A stretch of 64,000 nucleotides of DNA from NCBI GenBank assembly GCA_964291395.2, contig OZ219858.1, forward strand, positions 128,001-192,000. The letters run 5' to 3'. Made by a program: the position numbers and the translations under genes. This stretch comes from Alphaproteobacteria bacterium (GTDB taxonomy: Bacteria > Pseudomonadota > Alphaproteobacteria > UBA2966). Each line of letters begins with the position of its first letter. The first letter of the stretch is position 1. The notes beneath the pieces are model-generated. The model was not told where the DNA came from. It was given only the letters and a program-made list of their open reading frames with translations, and did no database searches. Shown here piece by piece: positions 1 to 14,224 of the stretch.

Positions 1-104
1 TCGGCTACGGCCGTGTGCTGTCCGTGGACGGAGAGCGCCTTCAAATCGATTTCGACAAAGCGGGAACCAAGAAGGTCGTCGACAGCTTTGTAGAGGCGAT
101 CTAA
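1..104 (+). CDS. uvrD: ATP-dependent DNA helicase UvrD/PcrA, C-terminal fragment (truncated by window edge)
   Basis: Hand translation from nt 3: GYGRVLSVDGERLQIDFDKAGTKKVVDSFVEAI*, matching the C-terminal Tudor-like tail of alphaproteobacterial UvrD/PcrA; TAA at 102-104. Confidence 0.8.
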   Translation, partial: GYGRVLSVDGERLQIDFDKAGTKKVVDSFVEAI

Positions 105-157
105 CGCCTCTGGAAAGGCGGGCCGGGCCCGATCTGGCGTTTCTACGCGGATACCGA

Positions 158-1171
158 ATGGCAAGTGGCGCAGACCTGTGGAACGTCTCGGCGACGGTTG
201 CAAAAGGCGGCGTTGCCCCCGTCGAGGAGTCCCTGACCCGCGCGTTGAGCGGCGAGCCGAACATTCTCGAAGGGTCGGGCGACCGGATCTTGGCCGTCAC
301 GGTGAACGCGCTCGGCGATAGCACGATGAACGAATCGCACCAATCGTGGCGCGTGGAAATCCTCTGCGTCATGGAACCCGACGTCGCCGCGCTTACCCGC
401 TCTATCCGTGAACTCGGCGCAGCGGGCATCCGGATAAAACCCCGCGTGCAGCGCGTCCCCGACCAGGATTGGCTGATCTCGTCCCGGTCCTCGGGCAAGC
501 CGGTCAACGCAGGCCGATTCTTCGTTTGTGCCAGCCACTACGACGGCCCCAAGCCCGGTAGCGCCATCGAATTGATCGTGAATGCCGGACCCGCCTTCGG
601 CACGGGAACGCACGAAAGCACGTATGGCTGCCTGATCGCTGTCGATGACTTGGCGAAACGCGACCGCATCAGACATCCGCTGGATTTGGGAGCCGGCACG
701 GGCATCCTTTCCATAGCCATATGCCGGGCCTGGAACTGCCGGGTTATGGGGGTGGATATCGATCCGCGTGCCGTTGAGTTCGCGCAATCCACCGCCCGCC
801 TCAACCACGTGCACCGCCAGGTCGAGTTCGTGGTGGGGGACGGATGCCGCCACCGGAAAGTGTTCGAGGGCAAACCCTACGACCTCATCGTCGCCAACAT
901 CCTCGCCGCGCCGCTGATCTGGATGGCCAAGGACATCGGACGGCACGTCTCTCCCGGCGGCCGAGTGGTTCTATCTGGAATACTGACGCACCAGGAACGC
1001 CGTGTCTTTGCCGCTTATCGACAGATCCGCATGTACCTGGAGAGGCGGATCAGGGTTGGCGGCTGGACCACCCTGATGCTCCGCCGTCCCCATCGTGAGG
1101 CGCGACACACGCGCGTACACGGACCCCGGCGCATTTCGCCGCCGGGATTGTCGGAGGTCGGGCTATTCTAG
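158..1171 (+). CDS. prmA: Ribosomal protein L11 methyltransferase
   Basis: AFGTGTHEST, LDLGAGTGILSIA, DIDP, DLIVANILAAPL and LSGIL motifs of PrmA. Confidence 0.9.
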   Translation: MASGADLWNVSATVAKGGVAPVEESLTRALSGEPNILEGSGDRILAVTVNALGDSTMNESHQSWRVEILCVMEPDVAALTRSIRELGAAGIRIKPRVQRVPDQDWLISSRSSGKPVNAGRFFVCASHYDGPKPGSAIELIVNAGPAFGTGTHESTYGCLIAVDDLAKRDRIRHPLDLGAGTGILSIAICRAWNCRVMGVDIDPRAVEFAQSTARLNHVHRQVEFVVGDGCRHRKVFEGKPYDLIVANILAAPLIWMAKDIGRHVSPGGRVVLSGILTHQERRVFAAYRQIRMYLERRIRVGGWTTLMLRRPHREARHTRVHGPRRISPPGLSEVGLF

Positions 1172-1242
1172 GGAATTGGTGGAGCGGCGCCGTTCAGGAG
1201 TACGGCGCGGTTCCTCCTCATATCAAGCGAGTATCCTGCCGC

Positions 1243-1413
1243 TCATTTTCGGCCGGTCAGAACGTCGGCCGGAAACAGCGGCTCGAGAGCGCAGGTGACA
1301 ATCTCGCGGAGCCCTTTGCGGATCACACGGGACAAGGTGGCGGGCTTTCGCTCGCCGTCACCTTCAATTCCAGGCAAGAACGATCCTTCGGCAAAATCGG
1401 GCAACGTCGTCAT
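1243..1413 (-). CDS. Putative 56-aa small protein (below the ORF-track length cutoff)
   Basis: Hand translation MTTLPDFAEGSFLPGIEGDGERKPATLSRVIRKGLREIVTCALEPLFPADVLTGRK*; purine-rich AAGGAAAGG about 11 nt upstream of ATG; no recognisable family. Confidence 0.4.
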   Translation of the reverse strand: MTTLPDFAEGSFLPGIEGDGERKPATLSRVIRKGLREIVTCALEPLFPADVLTGRK

Positions 1414-1438
1414 GACGAATACTACCTTTCCTTAAAGT

Positions 1439-1464
1439 TCAGCCGGTCCGCGGGGACCGGCTGA
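1439..1464. other. Perfect 11-bp stem hairpin (terminator or translational control element)
   Basis: TCAGCCGGTCC-GCGG-GGACCGGCTGA, between the DUF1127 gene and the 56-aa ORF. Confidence 0.55.
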
Positions 1465-1595
1465 CGCGTCGTGATATACACGCCGAGATACTATGCACTG
1501 GAGAGATTCCTACATGCGCTGATTTCGTGACTCAGCGTTGCAAGAACTGCATGCCGTCCGTCAACGGTTCCTCGGCAGCAAGCTCGCAGACCACC

Positions 1596-1934
1596 TCAAG
1601 CGGCATCCTTGGTCGAGTTGTTCATGTTCGCGGGTGTCTTGCGGAAGTCTCCGTTCGTAGCCGACCAGATGTCCGTCCGGGTCAGACCGATATCCTGGAG
1701 AAGCCGGTCGTCCAGCGCCATCAGGCACATATAAGTCTCACGCCTCACCCTCCATCTGGAGAATAATCGGCCCCCCCAGAGAATCACGGTGGCGACCCAT
1801 TCCGGAACCAGCTTGAGTGCGTTGAGTGCATACGTAGTCACAAGGAAACTCCCGACATCGAATTTCGGACACGGGGCCGGCCAACAACTCGCCGCCGTCG
1901 CTTCATCCGTTGACGCCAACGTGGTTGCGGCCAC
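1596..1934 (-). CDS. DUF1127 (YjiS-like) small protein; start uncertain
   Basis: C-terminal RWRVRRETYMCLMALDDRLLQDIGLTRTDI is the DUF1127 signature; the open frame extends to 2240, GTG at 1934 chosen as a plausible start. Confidence 0.75.
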   Translation of the reverse strand: MAATTLASTDEATAASCWPAPCPKFDVGSFLVTTYALNALKLVPEWVATVILWGGRLFSRWRVRRETYMCLMALDDRLLQDIGLTRTDIWSATNGDFRKTPANMNNSTKDAA

Positions 1935-2123
1935 ACCGGTTTTCAAGAAGAACTCGCCGGAGTACCCACCTGCTCCACGCGACCCAGGAATGCACCCATT
2001 GCATGGCATGGAGAGTCGGCTCCAGCGGATCGGATTACTCCGCCTGTCGCGCATGAATTTGCCGGGTCGGCAACCAAACTTACATAATGGAAAACCCGTT
2101 ATGTCCGGAGCTGAAGAGATCTC

Positions 2124-3935
2124 ATGAATTCGTCGGCCGAAGCAGGGCAAAGCACCGCGGCGGCGCGCCTGAAGGCCGTGCGTGCCGAACTGAACCGCCG
2201 ACAACTCGATGGATTCCTGGTCCCCCGGTCGGACGAGCACAACGGGGAGTACATGGCGCCCTATGCGGAACGTTTGTCATGGCTCACCGGATTCGATGGC
2301 TCCGCAGGCATCGCCATCGTGCTCCAAAAGGCAGCGGCCATCTTCGTCGACGGGCGATACACGCTACAGGCTGCCGACCAGGTCGACACGTCATACTATG
2401 AGATCAGGCACGTCACTGAAGAACCTGCGAGTGATTGGCTCCGAGACAACCTGTCGGAAGGCATGCGTCTCGGTTTCGACCCACGACTCCATACGGACGG
2501 GTCACTCGATCGCATCAAGAAGGTGTGCCGGAACGCGAAGACTACCCTGAAAATCGCCGATCCCAACCCGATCGATTCGGTGTGGGGGGACCAGCCGGAA
2601 CCGCCCTCCGGCTTGCTCGCGGTTCATGGCATCGCGTTTGCGGGCGAGGAGAGCGCGGATAAGCGCGCCCGTCTCGCCGCCGGTCTCGGCTCGGAAGGTC
2701 TGTCGGCAGCGATACTGACGGCACCGGACTCGATCGCCTGGCTCCTCAACGTACGTGGTTCGGACGTGCCCAACACGCCCATCTCGTTGAGCTACGCGAT
2801 TCTGCGCGCCGATGCCGGCGTCGACCTGTTCATCGATCCCCGAAAGATCGACGACACCGTGCGTGCGCACCTCGGCAGCAGGGTGACCGCGCGGACCGTC
2901 GATGAACTCCCGGAGGCACTTCGAGATTTCAGCGGCAAAAAGGTCCTGGCCGACCCCGACAGTGCGTCCGCCTGGGTATTTCAGCTTCTGGAGAACGCCG
3001 GTGCCGATGTCGTTCGAGCCTTGGATCCCTGCCAGCTTCCCAAAGCCTGCAAGAATGCCGTGGAACTGGACGGCGCTCGCGCCGCCCATCGACGGGACGG
3101 TGCCTCGCTCACGCGTTTCCTGCGCTGGTTCGCTCGGCACGCGCCGGATGGCGGGATCGACGAATTGACGGCCGCCTCAAAGCTTCGTTCGTTGAGAGAG
3201 AGCAACGAGCATTTCAAGGGACTGTCGTTCGACACGATTTCGGGTGCCGGACCGAACGGGGCCGTGGTGCATTACCGGGTAACCGAGAAAACCAACCGCG
3301 AGATCGGGTCAGGAAGCCTCTATCTCGTGGACTCCGGCGCCCAATATCTCGATGGGACAACCGATGTCACCCGCACCGTCGCCGTCGGACGGCCCACCGA
3401 TGAAATGCGCGATCGTTTCACGCGCGTGCTCAGAGGTCATATCGCAGTGGCAAGTTTGCGCTTTCCGGAGGGCACCACCGGCTCGCAGATCGACATCCTG
3501 GCCCGCCGACCGTTGTGGCAGGCGGGCCTCGACTACGATCACGGGACCGGTCACGGTGTCGGCAGCTATCTGGGCGTTCACGAAGGCCCGCAGCGGATCT
3601 CGAAGATTGCGGATACGGTCGCGCTGAAACCCGGCATGATCGTCTCGAACGAACCCGGCTACTACAAATCGGGCGAATACGGTATCCGCGTGGAGAATCT
3701 GGTCGCCGTGATCGAATGCGGGCGCCCCACGGGCGGCGAGAAGGCGATGCTGGGTTTCGAGACCCTGACGCGGGCACCCATCGATAGAAATCTCGTGGAC
3801 ACCTCGCTACTGGATGCGGCTGAGCTGGACTGGCTCAATTCTTACCATCGGTCGGTAATCGAGGACCTCGACGATCTGATCGACTCCGAGACCGCCGATT
3901 GGCTTCGAGAAGCGGCAGCGCCCATCGGACATTGA
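2124..3935 (+). CDS. Xaa-Pro aminopeptidase (aminopeptidase P, M24B)
   Basis: DSGAQYLDGTTDVTRT, HGTGHGVG, VHEGPQ, SNEPGYY and GIRVEN metal-binding motifs; creatinase-like N-terminus. Confidence 0.95.
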   Translation: MNSSAEAGQSTAAARLKAVRAELNRRQLDGFLVPRSDEHNGEYMAPYAERLSWLTGFDGSAGIAIVLQKAAAIFVDGRYTLQAADQVDTSYYEIRHVTEEPASDWLRDNLSEGMRLGFDPRLHTDGSLDRIKKVCRNAKTTLKIADPNPIDSVWGDQPEPPSGLLAVHGIAFAGEESADKRARLAAGLGSEGLSAAILTAPDSIAWLLNVRGSDVPNTPISLSYAILRADAGVDLFIDPRKIDDTVRAHLGSRVTARTVDELPEALRDFSGKKVLADPDSASAWVFQLLENAGADVVRALDPCQLPKACKNAVELDGARAAHRRDGASLTRFLRWFARHAPDGGIDELTAASKLRSLRESNEHFKGLSFDTISGAGPNGAVVHYRVTEKTNREIGSGSLYLVDSGAQYLDGTTDVTRTVAVGRPTDEMRDRFTRVLRGHIAVASLRFPEGTTGSQIDILARRPLWQAGLDYDHGTGHGVGSYLGVHEGPQRISKIADTVALKPGMIVSNEPGYYKSGEYGIRVENLVAVIECGRPTGGEKAMLGFETLTRAPIDRNLVDTSLLDAAELDWLNSYHRSVIEDLDDLIDSETADWLREAAAPIGH

Positions 3936-4126
3936 GCCGGCAGTCGTCCTTCATGGCGGAGAGTCAGTTGTCAGACCCCACCTTTGTCGTTCGTCCGGGT
4001 CCGACAACCTGTCCCCGAAAAAAAATCGGCCGCCCGACGTAGATGGGGCTACGCGAATAGATGAACCGTTCGCCCGAGACGGGGGCCTCGGCAGCCCCGT
4101 CCGGCCGTATCGTCACGCGCGGTCGC

Positions 4127-7914
<3,788 letters not shown>

Positions 7915-7925
7915 CGCGCGGCGCG

Positions 7926-8759
7926 CTAGAACAACGATCTCCACACGCGGCTGATCCAGGACCCTTCGATTTCCCGCGGCTGCAAATCGCGTCCGGTCAG
8001 CAACGCGTATGAATCCTGGTACCAGACACTTCCGGGGTAATTGTGTCCGAGAACGGCTACCGCGGTCCGGGCTTCGTCCGTCACACCAAGCGCCAAGTAC
8101 GCCTCGGCGAGACGGTGCAGCGCCTCTGGCGTATGCGTGGTCGTCTGATATTCCTCGATGACGATACGGAACCTGTTGATGGCGGAGATGTAATTCCCTT
8201 CGGCAAGATAGAATCGACCGATCTCCATCTCCTTGCCCGCCAGATGATCCCGCGCAAGCACGATCTTCAATCGAGCATCACGCGCGTATTCGCTGTCGGG
8301 ATATCTGCGAACCAGTTCGTTCAGTGCCGCGAGCGCCTGCTCGGTCACGCGTTGATCCCGCCCGACGTCGGTTATCTGTTCGTAATAGCTGACCGCGATG
8401 AGATAGAAGGCGTAGGGTGCGTCCACGTTGTTGGGATGCAATTGTATGAAGCGGTCAGCGGAGATTATGGCCTGGTCGTATCGATTGGTTTGGTAGTTGG
8501 AGAAAGCAGCCATGAGTTGGGCCTTGGTCGCCCAAACAGAGTACGGATGCTGACGCTCCACTTCGTCAAACTCCTGGGCCGCCCGGATGTAACTACCTTC
8601 CAGAAACGAATCCATGGCGCTGTTATAGAGCTCCTCGACCGGGCGCTCGGTGTACTCGGATCCGGCATCGGAAGAACAGCCGGGCAGCGACAGCACCAGA
8701 ACGATCGCCAGCACCGACAAGGCACATATGTTGATCATGCATGGCCGCTGCAGCTTCAT
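7926..8759 (-). CDS. bamD: Outer membrane protein assembly lipoprotein BamD (ComL)
   Basis: Lipobox-like LPGC, TPR repeats, HLAGKEMEIGRFY, LGHNYPGSVWY; conserved position between lpxC and recN; start approximate. Confidence 0.95.
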   Translation of the reverse strand: MKLQRPCMINICALSVLAIVLVLSLPGCSSDAGSEYTERPVEELYNSAMDSFLEGSYIRAAQEFDEVERQHPYSVWATKAQLMAAFSNYQTNRYDQAIISADRFIQLHPNNVDAPYAFYLIAVSYYEQITDVGRDQRVTEQALAALNELVRRYPDSEYARDARLKIVLARDHLAGKEMEIGRFYLAEGNYISAINRFRIVIEEYQTTTHTPEALHRLAEAYLALGVTDEARTAVAVLGHNYPGSVWYQDSYALLTGRDLQPREIEGSWISRVWRSLF

Positions 8760-8953
8760 CGACACGCGTACATCACTACAGGCGACAGTCATTCCGCATC
8801 GGGCAAAGGGCTTGGTTGAACACTCGAATGTTTTGCGGCTCCCCGAGCCGGCACCGGCCGGGGCCGAGAAGTATAACAATGAGGTCAAATGGCGCGAAGC
8901 GCCTACTTGCGCATACAGGCGCTTCGCCGACGTTCAAGCCGGGAACGAAGGGG

Positions 8954-9916
8954 TTACGCGATAGCGGCCACCGGAGCGAGGTCGACCTCCGTCCAGCCCG
9001 GCGCCGAAATGCCGTCGTCGCCACGGGACGCCTCTATCATCTCCCACGCTTCCCCGTCAGCGAACAAGGTTCGCAGCAGGGCATTGTTCAATCCGTGACC
9101 GGCACGAACGCCCTGGTAGGAGCCGACAATTGGAGCGCCTGCCAAATAGAGATCCCCCACCGCGTCGAGGGCCTTGTGGCGAACGAACTCGTCCTCGTAC
9201 CTCAGCCCGCCCTTGTTGATGACCCCTTTTTCGCCTACCACGACGGCATTCCTCAGAGAGCCGCCCCGGGCCAGGCCACGGTTTCGCATCTCTTCGATGT
9301 CCGTCTGGAAACCGAATGTCCGGGCGCGGCAGAGTTCATCCTTGAACGTCAAGCCGTTGATTTCAAACCGATGCGTCTGTCGGGCGACATGGGGATTGTC
9401 GAAATCGATCTCGAGACTCACCGACCACCCCTCGCCCGGGGCCAGCCGCACATGGCGCTCGCCGTCCTCGACCGAGACTTCCTTGACAATCCGAACGGAC
9501 CGCCTGGCGGCGTTCTGGGCAACAAGGCCGGCGCACTCGATCAAGAAAACGAAAGGAGCGGCGCTCCCATCCATGATCGGCACTTCCGGACCGTCAAGTT
9601 CGACGACGACGTTGTCAACTTCACAACCCGCGAGGGCCGCCATGAGATGTTCGACGGTCGCTACCCGCGTCCCCTGGTCATTCGAAATGTTGCTACACAG
9701 CGTGGTGTCGCAGACACGGTCCCACAACGCGGGGATTCGACCCGCATCCCTCGGGACGTCGGTGCGCTGAAACACGATCCCGGTCCCTGGCAACGCCGGA
9801 CACAAGGTCATGGCCACCCGCTTGCCGGAATGAAGCCCGACCCCAGTGCAGCTGATTCGGTGCTTCAGCGTGTGTTGACACGTTTCGCCAGCGACTGCCG
9901 GTCCCATGGAATCCAA
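8954..9916 (-). CDS. lpxC: UDP-3-O-acyl-N-acetylglucosamine deacetylase
   Basis: GVGLHSG, TVEHLMAAL, EVPIMDGS, ARTFGF, HKALDAVGDL. Confidence 0.98.
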   Translation of the reverse strand: MDSMGPAVAGETCQHTLKHRISCTGVGLHSGKRVAMTLCPALPGTGIVFQRTDVPRDAGRIPALWDRVCDTTLCSNISNDQGTRVATVEHLMAALAGCEVDNVVVELDGPEVPIMDGSAAPFVFLIECAGLVAQNAARRSVRIVKEVSVEDGERHVRLAPGEGWSVSLEIDFDNPHVARQTHRFEINGLTFKDELCRARTFGFQTDIEEMRNRGLARGGSLRNAVVVGEKGVINKGGLRYEDEFVRHKALDAVGDLYLAGAPIVGSYQGVRAGHGLNNALLRTLFADGEAWEMIEASRGDDGISAPGWTEVDLAPVAAIA

Positions 9917-10094
9917 GCCGGACCTCGTTTCCCACCAAACTCATTTCGTGCCCCGATGCCGTGACGGCCTGACTTCACCCGCTTGGCAAACGAACGGAGC
10001 GACCAAACGACGACCACGAACTCCTTGGCGAGTTTGTAGCAATTCCCGGAGAATCCCGACAAGTCACTCTTTATTTCGAAGTGTTACACGGGTC

Positions 10095-10126
10095 TCGCCA
10101 CGCCTGCTTCGACGCAGGCGTGGCGA
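10095..10126. other. 13-bp stem hairpin downstream of ftsZ
   Basis: TCGCCACGCCTGC-TTCGAC-GCAGGCGTGGCGA; no U tract follows on the minus strand, so a stabiliser or processing site is as likely as a terminator. Confidence 0.5.
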
Positions 10127-10155
10127 AAACCTAGGTCGCAAAATCTGCTGCGGTG

Positions 10156-11916
10156 TCAGTTCGCCTGCCGCCGGAGGAATGTCGGAATGTCGAGCAAATC
10201 CTCGTTGGGTCGAGGCGGCGCGAGCCGGTCGCTCGTCTCCACCCGCGTCGACGCCGGTGTTTCGGCGCTGGGTGCAGGGGAAGGATCCGCCGTTGGGGCT
10301 TCCGGCTGCCGGGTATCCGACGCTCCGGCAGCGGCTGGCGCTTCACCGGCTGCCGGTGGGGCGGCCGTCTCCTTCGGCTTCTGCACCCGGCCCGTTCCGG
10401 TCATTCGGTCGATCAGACCGGGAAATCCCGAACGGACGGAAGACGTACGCCCCCCGTTCGTCATCGCCGACTCGGCGAACGGCTCGGGCTTTTCCGTGCG
10501 CGGCGCAGGGGATTGCGCTTCCATCGGCTTGGGCGGGATGAACTCATCGCCAGACGAAGAGGCCTCGTCTTGTTGCAGCGTGTTGGGTGCTCCCGCGGCA
10601 ACGGCACTGCCGGCATCGGAGGGGGACACGTCTTGATGCACCGGAAGCGCCTCTGCCGAAGCGCCGGTCCGAGTCTCCATGACCACCTCTTCATCTCCCG
10701 CCTTCGCCACGGTATCCGGCAGGTTCATTGATACGGACGGCTCGCTCGCCGCGGCGGGCTCGCCCATTTGAAGCGGCATGGTCTCCCCGGTCGCATTCGT
10801 CCCGGGCACGGGTCCTTCCGGGGCCGCGGTCGGCGACATCTCCGCAGGCTCGGCTTCAGGTTGTGCGGGCTCTGCAACCGGAGTTTCCGTGTGTACGCCA
10901 CCGACAACCTGAAGGCGCGGCATGGGGAGCGGGGGCGGCGCCGCAATCGCCTCCGACTCGATTCCGGTTGCAATGATCGATACGCGAACTCGTCCTTCGA
11001 GTTCGGGATCAAGGCTGGTGCCAAAGATGATGCTGGCATTCGCATCGACCTCTTCGCGAACCCTGTTCGCCGCACCGTCCACTTCCAGCAGCGTCAGGTC
11101 CGGACCGCCCGTGATGTTGATCAACAGCCCTGTCGCGCCCTTCATGGAAACATCCTCGAGCAACGGATTGGAGATTGCCGCCTCGGCGGCTTCGATGGAT
11201 CTGTTGTCGCCTTCGGCCTCGCCGGTGCCCATCATCGCCTTGCCCATCGCTCGCATCACTGCTCTGACGTCGGCAAAATCCAGATTGATGAGTCCCGGCA
11301 TGACCATCAAATCGGTGACTCCGCGGACGCCTTGGGACAGCACCTCGTCCGCCATCCTGAACGCGTCGGCGAAGGTCGTTTCCTCACTGGCAACACGGAA
11401 CAGGTTCTGATTGGGAATGATGATGAGCGTGTCGACATAGTTCTGGAGTTCCCCGATTCCCTCCTCGGCGATTTCCATCCGACGGCTCCCTTCGAAGTGG
11501 AAGGGCTTGGTGACGACGCCGACGGTCAAAATGCCCCGTTCCCGGGTCGACTTGGCGATCACGGGGGCCGCGCCCGTGCCGGTCCCACCGCCCATGCCGG
11601 CGGTGATGAACACCATGTGGCTGTTCTGGATGTGGTCCATGATCTCGTCATTGGCCTCGGCCGCGGCTTCGCGGCCGATCTCCGGCCTCGACCCCGCGCC
11701 GAGACCTTGGGTTGCGGTGACGCCCAACTGAATCCGTCGTTCCGTCAACGCATGGCTCAACGCCTGCGCGTCGGTGTTGGCTACGACAAAGTCGATGCCT
11801 TCGAGTTGAGCACTGATCATGTTGTTCACGGCATTGCCGCCGGCCCCGCCGACTCCGACTACCGTGATGCGCGGTTTCAACTCGGTGATTTCGGGCATGC
11901 TGAGTTTGATGGTCAT
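10156..11916 (-). CDS. ftsZ: Cell division protein FtsZ with long alphaproteobacterial C-terminal linker
   Basis: [16 protein letters not shown] tubulin signature, INLDFAD, C-terminal [12 protein letters not shown]. Confidence 0.99.
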   Translation of the reverse strand: MTIKLSMPEITELKPRITVVGVGGAGGNAVNNMISAQLEGIDFVVANTDAQALSHALTERRIQLGVTATQGLGAGSRPEIGREAAAEANDEIMDHIQNSHMVFITAGMGGGTGTGAAPVIAKSTRERGILTVGVVTKPFHFEGSRRMEIAEEGIGELQNYVDTLIIIPNQNLFRVASEETTFADAFRMADEVLSQGVRGVTDLMVMPGLINLDFADVRAVMRAMGKAMMGTGEAEGDNRSIEAAEAAISNPLLEDVSMKGATGLLINITGGPDLTLLEVDGAANRVREEVDANASIIFGTSLDPELEGRVRVSIIATGIESEAIAAPPPLPMPRLQVVGGVHTETPVAEPAQPEAEPAEMSPTAAPEGPVPGTNATGETMPLQMGEPAAASEPSVSMNLPDTVAKAGDEEVVMETRTGASAEALPVHQDVSPSDAGSAVAAGAPNTLQQDEASSSGDEFIPPKPMEAQSPAPRTEKPEPFAESAMTNGGRTSSVRSGFPGLIDRMTGTGRVQKPKETAAPPAAGEAPAAAGASDTRQPEAPTADPSPAPSAETPASTRVETSDRLAPPRPNEDLLDIPTFLRRQAN

Positions 11917-12035
11917 TGGTTATCTCCCACTGAGCGATTGCATTCCTCTGATGCGGTTCGTCCTAGATCAATCTTTCCCATCGTTCCTCGCCTGGTTTTT
12001 TTCTTGTCGCAGAGCGCGCCGTCGGCAGCGGCGGG

Positions 12036-13322
12036 CTAGAAGTTCCGTTTCAGCCATCGACCGATTCGCGCCAGACCCCGGCGCGAGTCTTGCGATGGGT
12101 CATCAAACGATCGAAGCGGTTCGGCGTATCCATGCGCACCGCACATCAGAAGGCCGGCGCACGTGGCAAACGCAGGTCCACCGGTCGCTTCGGCCAATCC
12201 TCGGATCGCGACCGGCCGGCCGATGCGAACCTGTTTGTCCAACACACGAGACGCCAGCTCTCTCACGCCATGGAGTTGGCTGGCGCCGCCGGTCAATACC
12301 AGTCGCCTCCCGGAAACGCGGTTCGTTCCCGAAAATTCCAGGCGATCACGAACCATTTCCAGCGTCTCTTCCAGGCGGGGCTGGATGATCCCCGTCAGAA
12401 CCGAACGGGGAATGTGGTTGGCTGCAGCCCGATCCAACTCACCGACCTGCGGCACGTCGATCATGTCGCGTTCGTCGGACGGGCTCGGCGTCGCATTCCC
12501 GAAGAGCGTCTTCATTCGTTCGGCTTGCGCCACGGGTGTGGACAGGCCCCGGGCGATGTCGTTGGTGACGTGCTGGCCGCCGAGCGGCACGATATCCGCG
12601 AACACCAGATTTCCTTCGGTGAACACCGCGATGGACGTGGTTCCGCCCCCCATATCCATCAGGGTCACGCCGAGAGTCCGCTCATCATCGACCAGACTGG
12701 AAAGGCCGGCGGCATACCCGGACAAAACCAGTCCCTCGAGTTCCAGCATGGCGCGCTCGACGCAGATTTGAACGTTGCGGAGCGGACCTACCGCTGCCGT
12801 CACGATGTGCATATCGACTCCGAGCCGCGAGCCCACCATCCCTCGCGGCTCTCGAACGCCTCGCGTGCCGTCGATCGTGAAGGACCCCGGAATCGCGTGC
12901 ACGACCTCGCGCTCTCCAGGCTCGGTCCGCGTCATCCCTTGACGCAACACGTGCTGAAGGTCCGTGTCTTCGATCTCATGGCCGGAGACAGGTACCTCGA
13001 CGCCAACGGTATGCGACTCCGGATCGCCGCAGGACAGATTGACGAAAACCCGCTTGACGGTCTCGCCCGCCATGCGTTCCGCCGCGTCCACCGCGCCCCG
13101 GATGGCAGTCTCGGTGGCTTCAAGATCGGTCACCGTCCCGCCTCGGAGACCCCGAGATACCTGATGACCGATGCCAATGACACGTATGCCATCCTGCGGG
13201 CCGACCCTGGCGACGAAACAGCAGACCTTCGTGGTCCCGATATCCAGCGCAGCGATCAATCCACTTCGCGTCATGCGCGTGGCGCCGGAGGCCTGAACGG
13301 GCAGCAGCATGTTCATGCTCAC
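12036..13322 (-). CDS. ftsA: Cell division protein FtsA
   Basis: LDIGTTKVCC, DMGGGTT, LTGGASQL, amphipathic C-terminal IGRWLKRNF. Confidence 0.98.
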   Translation of the reverse strand: MSMNMLLPVQASGATRMTRSGLIAALDIGTTKVCCFVARVGPQDGIRVIGIGHQVSRGLRGGTVTDLEATETAIRGAVDAAERMAGETVKRVFVNLSCGDPESHTVGVEVPVSGHEIEDTDLQHVLRQGMTRTEPGEREVVHAIPGSFTIDGTRGVREPRGMVGSRLGVDMHIVTAAVGPLRNVQICVERAMLELEGLVLSGYAAGLSSLVDDERTLGVTLMDMGGGTTSIAVFTEGNLVFADIVPLGGQHVTNDIARGLSTPVAQAERMKTLFGNATPSPSDERDMIDVPQVGELDRAAANHIPRSVLTGIIQPRLEETLEMVRDRLEFSGTNRVSGRRLVLTGGASQLHGVRELASRVLDKQVRIGRPVAIRGLAEATGGPAFATCAGLLMCGAHGYAEPLRSFDDPSQDSRRGLARIGRWLKRNF

Positions 13323-14224
13323 GTACTCCGCCCTTCGCCTCGACGCTTGACGGCGCTGGCTGATCCCAGTCTCACGGCGAGACGGTCCTTCACGCGCAGA
13401 TCGACGGCGATGACATCCCGCTCGAGAAGGCGATGCTCCGTTGCCAGCGCGGCCAGCAAATCCCAGGCCTCGGCCACATCCTCTTCCGGCAATCGAACGG
13501 TGGGACCTCCCTGCAGCCGAATATCCCAGCGCCGTTCGGAAACACGCGTTGCGGACTCGATTCGACCGAACAATGCGGGTTGCCGCGCCAACACGGCGAC
13601 TAGGTCGCCGACATGCCGAGGCGCGTCCTCGCCCACCACGATCGGCAACCGGTTGAACTGCTCTAGATCCCGGGAACTGATCAGTTCCCCGTCGCGATCA
13701 ACGAGCGAGACGCGGCCTTTTCGCTGCCACAAGGCAAATGGGCGGCGCTCGACGATGCTGACCAGGACCGCGTGGGGAAACTGCCGACGCACGGAAGCTG
13801 ACCTCACCCAGCCCAAGGCCTCGATGCGCTCGCGTGCCTCCCGGGGATCCAGATCGGACAACGGATCCCCCTGTCGCACGCCCAGCGCGGCAGCGATATC
13901 CTCATTGGCGGTATGACGGCGCCCCGTGACGACAATCTCGCGAACCGTCAATCCATTCCACGGGATCAGGCGGCGAACTTCCGTCTCGACGCTCGCAGCG
14001 AGGTCCTCGACGGTTCCGCTCCGATACAGCCAATGAAGACCGAGAGCGAGCGGGAAAGCCACCAAGCCAAAGACCGCTACGCGTTTCAGCCTCTTGAGCA
14101 CGATGATCCGTGCGGCACGACTGCGGCGTCCCGTGGGACGGTTCCGCGACGGTCGTGGCGCACCGGAGGTCCTCATCCGGCTACGAGGGGTGGCGCTTGA
14201 ATCGCTGAGCGTCATCGTTCGCAT
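13319..14224 (-). CDS. ftsQ: Cell division protein FtsQ
   Basis: Single TM then POTRA domain (WVRSASVRRQFP, ERRPFALWQ), DLR near C-terminus; between ddl and ftsA. Confidence 0.93.
   Translation of the reverse strand: MRTMTLSDSSATPRSRMRTSGAPRPSRNRPTGRRSRAARIIVLKRLKRVAVFGLVAFPLALGLHWLYRSGTVEDLAASVETEVRRLIPWNGLTVREIVVTGRRHTANEDIAAALGVRQGDPLSDLDPREARERIEALGWVRSASVRRQFPHAVLVSIVERRPFALWQRKGRVSLVDRDGELISSRDLEQFNRLPIVVGEDAPRHVGDLVAVLARQPALFGRIESATRVSERRWDIRLQGGPTVRLPEEDVAEAWDLLAALATEHRLLERDVIAVDLRVKDRLAVRLGSASAVKRRGEGRST

Noticed and set aside
1172-1595. Cuckoo/CcsR-type sRNA array downstream of the DUF1127 gene
   Set aside because: No repeated CCUCCUCCC hairpin loops on the coding strand; only one TTCCTCCTC on the opposite strand
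10156-10940. Long Pro/Ala/Glu-rich FtsZ C-terminal region as a novel domain
   Set aside because: Extended disordered linkers are normal for alphaproteobacterial FtsZ
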